Shown: positions 7,964 to 14,732 of the stretch, piece by piece
How the letters are laid out: the number at the start of each line of letters is the position of its first letter
Position numbering within the stretch: the stretch's first letter is position 1
Assembly: GCA_029907475.1 (NCBI GenBank)
Contig: JARYLU010000007.1
Coordinates: 1-24,000, forward strand
DNA: 24,000 nt
From: Bacillota bacterium
Lineage (GTDB): Bacteria > Bacillota > DSM-12270 > Thermacetogeniales > Thermacetogeniaceae
Direction: 5' to 3'
The notes under the pieces: model-generated
Database searches by the model: none
Told to the model about the DNA's origin: nothing
Seen by the model: the letters and a program-made list of their open reading frames with translations, nothing else
Translations under genes and position numbers: made by a program

Positions 7964-8035
7964 ATCTCCTCCTGAACTGCGTATCGGGTATAACCAGTGA
8001 TTCTGCCAGTACTTCCGTAGAAAACTAACCCCGGT

Positions 8036-9598
8036 CTATGCCCAGGGTTTCTCCGCGGCAGCATTCTTGCCACAAATACGTCCGAAAGTACATGTGAAGG
8101 AAACAGCTGTTCCGCTGCCGGGATAAATTTTTCCCCGCCAACCGCCTGTTGTGCTACCGGTTGCATACAATCTTGGAATCACTTTGCCCTCCATATTGAG
8201 TACCTTGCCCTCAGTATTAATTTTTAAGCCTCCTGCAGTGTCACAGGTAGCAGGTACAGTTTTTGCTGCGTAGAATGGTGCTCTTTGAACGGGTCCTAGA
8301 CCTACCTTTTTACCGAATTCTTGATCCTTACCTTCCCTGGCATATTTATTGTATATATTTACAGTTTGCTCAAGAGCATTCGGGTCTACATTGATCTGCT
8401 CAGCCAGTTCCTTGATTGTGTCTGCCTTTTTTACCCAACCTTTTTCAACTTCTCTCACACAACCATCACTAAAACCAGGTACAGCGATCACTTCTCCACC
8501 GAGGTCAGTTACATCCTGATCCCAGATTGCCCACACAAATCCTCCTGGTTGGTCGGCGATCTTTTCATAAAGGAATTCATAGTAGAGGTCCTCGCTGAAG
8601 TGCCTCTTGCCGTCGGTGCTTACAAAAATGCAGGGTTTGCCCCAAATAGGAATTACCATACATGGGGTCATTTCAGGAGTTGTGGGTACCCCCATGGTAG
8701 CAGCCTGTGGTATCCACATATTTACGATCTTGGCGCCTATCGCCATACCCATTACAATTCCATCACCCTGCTGATGCATAGAACCAAAAGAACCACCGGT
8801 TAACAATTCCGGCATGAAACTCTTTATTAACTCCTTATTCCGGGAGAACCCGGCAGTGGCTAACACAACTCCTTTTTTAGCCTTAACAAAAATCTTTTTC
8901 CCTTCCCGGTCGGCTTCTACACCCAGAACCTCGTTTTCACTATTTGTAATCAACCGGGTTCCTCTTGTCTTACATAAAAACTTGACATTCTTTTTCTGAG
9001 CGGTCTTATACAGAACTTCTGCAATTGGCCTCCCGCTGTGAGCGTCCGTTATATGACCTCGCGCTACCGGAGGGGTAATATTGGCGTAATCCCTCTCGTT
9101 TCCTGATATGTAGAGGTTCTCGACGGGGAAATTAACACCCAACGCAGCCAGCCATTCGACTGTCTCTCCGGATTTTTGTGCCCAAACCCTCCTGAGATCC
9201 GGGTCTTCAAAGCCTCCACCTACGGCTGCCAGGTACTTTTCAAATTCCTCGGCAGAATCCTTGATCCCCGCCTTTTTCTGAAACGACGTATTAGCGCCCA
9301 TTACGACCCCACCGCATATTGCCGTATTAGAGAACAACGGGGATTCCATTACTTCTAAAACCGTGACAGAAGCACCAGCTTCGGCTGCCTCAATAGCGGC
9401 AGCTAACCCGCCACCGCCTCCACCGACAACCACAACATCCGCTTCTTCATCCCATTTTTCAGGGATTCCTGATGCCCCCGCTTTTTTGGGAAACATCTGG
9501 CTCCCGGCAATCGCCCCGACTACCAAGCCACCACCACCAACACCTGCCAACTTAATGAACTCTCTTCTCGATACGCCTCCAGAACCGTTCTCCGGCAT
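8036..9598 (-). CDS. Tat-signal FAD-dependent oxidoreductase, fumarate reductase/KstD superfamily (flavoprotein B)
   Basis: 520 aa. SRREFIKLAGVGGGGLVVGAIAG is a twin-arginine signal. DVVVVGGGGGGLAAAIEAAEAG is a dinucleotide-binding fold. QQGDGIVMGMAIGA and a C-terminal GGLKIN...LYATGSTTGG segment are present. AAGGAGAGGAG SD. Confidence 0.85.
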   Translation of the reverse strand: MPENGSGGVSRREFIKLAGVGGGGLVVGAIAGSQMFPKKAGASGIPEKWDEEADVVVVGGGGGGLAAAIEAAEAGASVTVLEVMESPLFSNTAICGGVVMGANTSFQKKAGIKDSAEEFEKYLAAVGGGFEDPDLRRVWAQKSGETVEWLAALGVNFPVENLYISGNERDYANITPPVARGHITDAHSGRPIAEVLYKTAQKKNVKFLCKTRGTRLITNSENEVLGVEADREGKKIFVKAKKGVVLATAGFSRNKELIKSFMPELLTGGSFGSMHQQGDGIVMGMAIGAKIVNMWIPQAATMGVPTTPEMTPCMVIPIWGKPCIFVSTDGKRHFSEDLYYEFLYEKIADQPGGFVWAIWDQDVTDLGGEVIAVPGFSDGCVREVEKGWVKKADTIKELAEQINVDPNALEQTVNIYNKYAREGKDQEFGKKVGLGPVQRAPFYAAKTVPATCDTAGGLKINTEGKVLNMEGKVIPRLYATGSTTGGWRGKIYPGSGTAVSFTCTFGRICGKNAAAEKPWA

Positions 9599-9789
9599 TT
9601 TGGAAACTCCTCTCCTTTATTATTATACATCATTTTTTTAATATAAGGGTATAAAAATGCTTACTCTCTTTAGATTTTCAAGTCAAAAGAGCGGCACCTT
9701 GAGCAGTATACATTTTGTGACACTCGTTGCACCCTAAACCTTCTTCGTGCGGATTAGCATGGGGATTATGTCCAGAGTTTTTCTATTCC

Positions 9790-10326
9790 TTATAGCGACT
9801 TCCATTCTGGACCTAATAGATTCGTTGGACTATGACACTGGGAACAATAGTCTTCCGAAGGCCTGTGCATGTTGTGGCAATTACTGCATTCAAGTTCACC
9901 GTAATGTGATTTATGCGGGTTTCTCTGTATCTTCTCAACCAGCCACTCGGTGCGACTAGCGAGGTCTGTGTAACTATTATGTTCGTGACATTGCAAGCAC
10001 TTCTCCATAGGTAAGGAACGCTCCCTTAAAGGAGTCTCATAGTTCCCAGTGATATACTTGATCGTTTCGCCCAGTGATTGCTGCATATCAAATTTATGAC
10101 AGTCAAGACATTCAAGGCCTGCTTTTGCATGGACATTCGCTAGAAGGTCACTTGACTCCCACGATTTCAAATACGGTTTCATCACGTGGCAGGTAGCACA
10201 GAACTGAGGTTCATCATGATAGTTCCAGAGGAAAATACCTCCACTAGTAAACACTACAAGCATTATGAATACTGTCAGCGGTAACCATGCTCTCTTTTTC
10301 TTGAGTACATTTAAATTTAAGTTCAC
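9790..10326 (-). CDS. Membrane-anchored multihaem cytochrome c, NapC/NirT/NrfH-like, five CXXCH motifs
   Basis: 178 aa with an N-terminal TM (WLPLTVFIMLVVFTSGGIFLW). CXXCH motifs lie at C43, C72, C110, C147 and C161. The first reads CATCHVM (CXXCHxM). The start is GTG 10326, preceded by AGGGAGGT. Confidence 0.85.
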   Translation of the reverse strand: MNLNLNVLKKKRAWLPLTVFIMLVVFTSGGIFLWNYHDEPQFCATCHVMKPYLKSWESSDLLANVHAKAGLECLDCHKFDMQQSLGETIKYITGNYETPLRERSLPMEKCLQCHEHNSYTDLASRTEWLVEKIQRNPHKSHYGELECSNCHNMHRPSEDYCSQCHSPTNLLGPEWKSL

Positions 10327-10426
10327 TAATGTACCTCCCTGTATCCTCTCTTCTCATACCATGAAGGTACAACCTTCCTTGCCTGGGAGAGGTTTCATCT
10401 GAGTTTCCTTTATTCTGAGTTGGGTA

Positions 10427-11965
10427 CTATCCCAAAGGCTCTTCTTTCGCGGCTAGTTTACCGGCCACCAGCCCTAAGGCTCCACCGGCGCCAGTAGCCA
10501 AACCATAGATGTAGTGGTTACCGCAGACATTCCGTAGCATGATTTCTCCGACAAGATATAGGCGTGGAATGGGCTCGCCAAAGGCGTTCTTGGGATGAAG
10601 GTTCTTATCAACGATGAAAGAAGTTGTCGGATTGTAAGCCAACCAAGCAGTATTTTTGAATGCGTAGAATGGAGGCTTGTCAATTTTTTCGATTTTTGGG
10701 GTACCTGGGCCAACCATTGTCTTTCTGCCGAATTTGGTGTCATACCCCACTGTATCAATATCCTTGTTATACTGATCAACTGTCTCTTTCAGCTTGCTGG
10801 CACCAATCTTCTTACCAAGCTCCTCGATGGTATCGGCCTTAATAAGTAGCTTGGTAGTGTTGGGACCGAGTCCGATAGGAGGGCCAGCTTTCGTAGCTTT
10901 TTCAAAGGCTTTTTGGTCAATAATCTGGTAGAGAATCGGTATGCCATTCTCCTTGGGCTGTTCCAATACTGCGCGAGTACGCTTGTTACACCAGTACAAA
11001 TCCTCGTTTATATACCGCTCGCCATTCTTATTGACCTGAATAGCGCCATAAAGGAACATTTCTGCATATCCTTCCATCGTAGTGGACGTGGGGTACATGC
11101 CCTGAACCGTATAGATAGTTGGCCTTCCTCTCATATCACACCCGGCTTCGAATACTATCTTGTGTCCGTCGCCAGTATGTCCAGGACAGGAAAGTGCTAT
11201 TACGTTACCCAGACCGGGAATGCACTCGTTTAGCATCTCAGAATTGTGGGTAAAGCCACCAGTAGCCAGGATAACAGCTTTTCGCGCTTTAATATTAATT
11301 TCTTTGCCGCCTGATTCTGCCTTAACGCCCACAACTTCTTTTTTAGCACCGTAGTAAAGCCTCTTCGCAGGAGTTTTAAACATGATCTCTATCCCATCTT
11401 CCCGCGCTTTCTTTTCTAATAACTGAACATGCTTGGCTGGGTCCACAGTATGTGTTCTGGGAACACTGCAACCCGGCGAGGGGCTTACTGTATCCTTAAT
11501 TGGGACATTTATGCTTTTGATAAGCTCATAATAAGCCAGAGTATTGTCAACATATGTGCGAACAACTTCAGGATTGGCTTCTTCTCCGTACTCAAGTATG
11601 TCCTTGTAGAATATATCGGGCGAGTCATTTATTCCGTTTTTCTTCTGGATATCTGTGCCGCAAAAGGTAATGAATCCACCGCAGATTGCGGTTGAGCTGG
11701 TCAGAGTACCTGACATTTTTTCAAGAACGAGCACCTTCGCCCCTTCTTTATTGGCACTGATTGCGGCAGCCAGACCGGCTCCACCCCCACCTACAACGAC
11801 TACATCCACCTCCTTATCCCACTTTTCTGGAACTCCTGTTGACCCTACTTTTTTGGGGAACATCTGACTCCCGGCAAGAGCTCCGACTACTAAACCGCCA
11901 CCGCCGACACTGGCGATCTTAATAAAATCTCTTCTTGTTACGCCTCCAGTCCCGTTCTCTGCCAT
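10427..11965 (-). CDS. Tat-signal FAD-dependent oxidoreductase, fumarate reductase/KstD superfamily (flavoprotein A, paralog of B)
   Basis: 512 aa. TRRDFIKIASVGGGGLVVGALAG is a twin-arginine signal. DVVVVGGGGAGLAAAISA is a dinucleotide-binding fold. PGHTGDGHKI is present. AGGAGGGG SD. Confidence 0.85.
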   Translation of the reverse strand: MAENGTGGVTRRDFIKIASVGGGGLVVGALAGSQMFPKKVGSTGVPEKWDKEVDVVVVGGGGAGLAAAISANKEGAKVLVLEKMSGTLTSSTAICGGFITFCGTDIQKKNGINDSPDIFYKDILEYGEEANPEVVRTYVDNTLAYYELIKSINVPIKDTVSPSPGCSVPRTHTVDPAKHVQLLEKKAREDGIEIMFKTPAKRLYYGAKKEVVGVKAESGGKEINIKARKAVILATGGFTHNSEMLNECIPGLGNVIALSCPGHTGDGHKIVFEAGCDMRGRPTIYTVQGMYPTSTTMEGYAEMFLYGAIQVNKNGERYINEDLYWCNKRTRAVLEQPKENGIPILYQIIDQKAFEKATKAGPPIGLGPNTTKLLIKADTIEELGKKIGASKLKETVDQYNKDIDTVGYDTKFGRKTMVGPGTPKIEKIDKPPFYAFKNTAWLAYNPTTSFIVDKNLHPKNAFGEPIPRLYLVGEIMLRNVCGNHYIYGLATGAGGALGLVAGKLAAKEEPLG

Positions 11966-12153
11966 TTGGGAACCCCTCCTATCTCATTTTTTTGGAGCCA
12001 TTCTTTAAATAACTCTATTTATCAGCCCGGATTAATAAAGGATTAAGAACTATCTTGACGCCAATGCGCATCTTATTAGGACTCCATAACTTTTCACCTT
12101 CTCTTAAGTGTTTCTGGTTAGGTCCGGTGCACTAAATCTTGTAAATATTTTTG

Positions 12154-12170
12154 CAGCAATTATCGTGCCT
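12154..12170 (-). promoter_or_regulatory. Sigma-54 (-24/-12) promoter of the flavoprotein-cytochrome operon
   Basis: The minus strand reads AGGCACGATAATTGCTG, against the consensus TGGCACG-N4-TTGCW. GG and GC are exactly 12 nt apart. The site is ~190 nt upstream of ATG 11965 and directly downstream of a sigma-54 activator gene. Confidence 0.8.
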
Positions 12171-12282
12171 AACGGTTTAAGTTTAATCAGCCTTAAAATT
12201 TCCGAAATGGGGCAGGGCTAACCCTTTTTATAAGGGAAACAGAATGAAACACCTAAATAACGCAGCCATACATTAAAAAAAT

Positions 12283-12305
12283 AAGTGTCGCACAATACGA
12301 CACTT
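12283..12305. promoter_or_regulatory. Candidate enhancer (UAS) palindrome AAGTGTCG-N7-CGACACTT
   Basis: Two perfect 8-bp arms lie ~115 bp upstream of the -24 element. This is the usual distance for an EBP binding site. Confidence 0.55.
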
Positions 12306-12376
12306 AACACCTATTCATCTTCTATTTATCGGGTTATATCACGTATTTAACCTGTTGACCGGAACCTGTATCAATT

Positions 12377-12392
12377 TGTGACATTGTTCACA
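12377..12392. promoter_or_regulatory. CRP-type palindrome TGTGA-N6-TCACA
   Basis: TGTGACATTGTTCACA matches both CRP-family consensus half-sites exactly. It sits 17 nt after the EBP stop and ~210 bp upstream of the sigma-54 promoter. Confidence 0.4.
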
Positions 12393-12408
12393 TTATTATT
12401 ACACTTTC

Positions 12409-14409
12409 TCATCCTTCCATTATTCTAAATTTCTCAAGGTGCCTGTAAAGTGTAGCCCTGGAAATCCCTAATTCGGATGCGACCTTAGTTTTATTGCCTT
12501 TAAAATGAGTCAAGAGTTGAATAATCATTTCTTTTTCATAATTTCTGATACTGAGTATTTCTCTATTGGATAGGTTACTGTTACAAGATCTAACTTCTTC
12601 AGGCAAGTCTTTAACGCCTATATAACAAGAACTTGTTATATGTACAGCCCTTTCAATAACGTTGCTTAATTCCCGAATGTTCCCCGGCCAGTTATAGTTG
12701 CATAATTCTTCTAATGCTTCCGGTGTGATGCCTCGAATCTTTTTACCCAATGAGGTCGAGTATCTTAAAATAAAATTATCAACCAAGAGAGGAATATCGT
12801 CTTTGCGCTCCCGCAATGGCGGCAACTCAATATTAAGGACGTTAAGCCTGAAAAAGAGATCTAGCCTAAAACGCCCTGTTAATGCATCTTCCCGGAGCTT
12901 TCGATTAGTAGCTGCAATGACTCGTACATCTACCGGGATACTGCGCGCACCCCCGATCCGGGTAACCTTTTTATCTTCCAGGACCCTGAGCAAAATGATT
13001 TGCATTTCCAGAGGCATTTCCCCGATTTCATCGAGAAAAATGGTGCCATTGTGAGCCAGTTCAAATTTACCAAAATTGCCGCCTTTTTTCGCACCTGTAA
13101 AAGCTCCTTCCTCATAACCAAATAGCTCAGTTCCCAGCAGTTCCCTTGGAATTGCAGCGCAGTTGACTGAAATGAACGGGCCATTGCGCCTTAAACTGGC
13201 GTTATGTATAGCTTGGGCAAATAGTTCCTTACCACTGCCACTTTCGCCTAATAATAGAACACTCGAAGAACTTTTAGATGCCGTTTTTGCTAAGTTAATA
13301 GCTTTAAGCAAGTTTTCGTTTTGTCCAATGATATCACTAAAAACAAACTTCGCATTAGAATGAGCCGTCCTATTTACAATCTTTTTAACTAACTCGGGTT
13401 CTCTCAAGATAACGATTGCCCCTATTGTTTTCCCTTGATGATTGACAGGATAACAACTTAAACTAAAATCAATAACCCTGTTTTTAGTATAAATTGTAAC
13501 ACCATGCTCAACAATCTTCTCCTCCTGTCGTTTTAAAACTTCATATATGATACCTAACTCGGTTGAAATAGATTCTATTTTAGAACCTCTAATCTCATCT
13601 TCGGCTAATTCGAGCAACTCAACGGCATGGCTATTAACATGGGTAATTTTTCCTAAATTATCTACAACCAAGAGACTGCTACCGAAAGATTCGATTATGG
13701 TGTTTTGAAAATTACTTACAAGTTGCACATTTTGTTTTTCTTCATTTAAGGCGACAAGAGTTTCAATGGCATTAGCGGTTGATGTTACCATGCCCAAGGT
13801 ATGGGGATGAGCCTTTTCCCATAAGGCTAAAATCATTATTAACCCGATAATCTTCCCTTTGAAATTATGAATGGGGGCAGCAGAACAAGTAAAAGGATGA
13901 AATATTTTGCAGAAATGTTCTGTAGCGACAATTTGCACGGATTTATTATGGAGTAAAGCCAGTACCACAGCTGTCGTTCCAAATGTTTTTTCCTCCATAT
14001 ACATCCCTGGAACTACATTATAGTCTTTCATCTGTTGAATAAGTTTGCTATTCCCGATAATCTCAAGGATTAAACCGTTCTCATCTGTAACAATAAAAAC
14101 GAAGTCTGAATCCTCCGTAATTTTATAAAATCCTGTAAGGTATGGAATGGCAATATCTAATAATTGCTTCTTGGCTGATAACCGTTCCTCGAAATCAGAT
14201 GCGACAGAGCAATTGATTTTCGTCAAATATGGATCAACCTTGTACTCATAAGATCTTTTCCAGGAGGATAGAATGCTGATTGGTAGTAGTCCACTATCGA
14301 CAGGCTCACCCCGAATAAAGCGGGTCCACATTTCAAGAACTAGTTCCTTTTTCTCTACATAATTATGGATATATTGTGCATCGAGTGTAATCAAGCAATA
14401 TACCTCCAT
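12409..14409 (-). CDS. Sigma-54-dependent transcriptional activator (AcoR-like sensor N-terminus, PAS, AAA+, Fis-type HTH)
   Basis: 666 aa. Walker A is GESGSGKE and the GAFTGA loop reads EEGAFTGAKKGG. The C-terminal HTH is ASELGISRATLYRHL. SWKRSYEYKVDP is an AcoR-like N-terminal signature. In-frame TTG 14394 preceded by GGAGGT is an alternative start. Confidence 0.9.
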   Translation of the reverse strand: MEVYCLITLDAQYIHNYVEKKELVLEMWTRFIRGEPVDSGLLPISILSSWKRSYEYKVDPYLTKINCSVASDFEERLSAKKQLLDIAIPYLTGFYKITEDSDFVFIVTDENGLILEIIGNSKLIQQMKDYNVVPGMYMEEKTFGTTAVVLALLHNKSVQIVATEHFCKIFHPFTCSAAPIHNFKGKIIGLIMILALWEKAHPHTLGMVTSTANAIETLVALNEEKQNVQLVSNFQNTIIESFGSSLLVVDNLGKITHVNSHAVELLELAEDEIRGSKIESISTELGIIYEVLKRQEEKIVEHGVTIYTKNRVIDFSLSCYPVNHQGKTIGAIVILREPELVKKIVNRTAHSNAKFVFSDIIGQNENLLKAINLAKTASKSSSSVLLLGESGSGKELFAQAIHNASLRRNGPFISVNCAAIPRELLGTELFGYEEGAFTGAKKGGNFGKFELAHNGTIFLDEIGEMPLEMQIILLRVLEDKKVTRIGGARSIPVDVRVIAATNRKLREDALTGRFRLDLFFRLNVLNIELPPLRERKDDIPLLVDNFILRYSTSLGKKIRGITPEALEELCNYNWPGNIRELSNVIERAVHITSSCYIGVKDLPEEVRSCNSNLSNREILSIRNYEKEMIIQLLTHFKGNKTKVASELGISRATLYRHLEKFRIMEG

Positions 14410-14411
14410 AA

Positions 14412-14434
14412 TTTACTTGAGTAATACAAGTAAA
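14412..14434. promoter_or_regulatory. Palindrome TTTACTTG-N7-CAAGTAAA abutting the EBP start codon
   Basis: Two perfect 8-bp arms end 2 nt upstream of ATG 14409 on the coding strand. It could be an operator or a 5'-UTR hairpin. Confidence 0.4.
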
Positions 14435-14522
14435 CATGAAATGCATCAAAATATGACAATTTTCTACACGAAAGAATACTATATTAAAATATGAAGATCC
14501 TGCAAATGTTTAAAAATTAAAA

Positions 14523-14551
14523 TATGTAATATCTGGGATCTCGATTGTCAA
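14523..14551 (-). promoter_or_regulatory. Possible sigma-A promoter for the EBP gene
   Basis: On the minus strand, TTGACA (14551-14546) is followed by a 17-nt spacer and TACATA (14528-14523). The -10 hexamer is weak. Confidence 0.3.
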
Positions 14552-14732
14552 GTAAAACTGCTGGCATGATAAAAGCGCAAGCGCCTCGAATAAAGAATGA
14601 AGGGCGGTCAAATCAACTTGAGGGCGGTCGGCTGCCGTCTGCGACGAGTCTTAGGGCGAGTTCACCGGAGTCCGGGAGCAAGCGCAAGGATAAATCGGGA
14701 CATATTTCTAAGGCAGAAAAACGGGAAAAAAA

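Noticed and set aside
9684-9700. GGCACCTTGAGCAG on the plus strand as a possible second sigma-54 promoter
   Set aside because: The GG-to-GC spacing is 10 rather than 12 nt. It is on the wrong strand for the operon and no plus-strand gene lies downstream.
14562-14576. TGGCATGATAAAAGC with correct GG/GC spacing for sigma-54 on the plus strand
   Set aside because: The -12 element lacks TTGC. It would drive transcription antisense into the TolB-like gene, with no plus-strand gene to serve.
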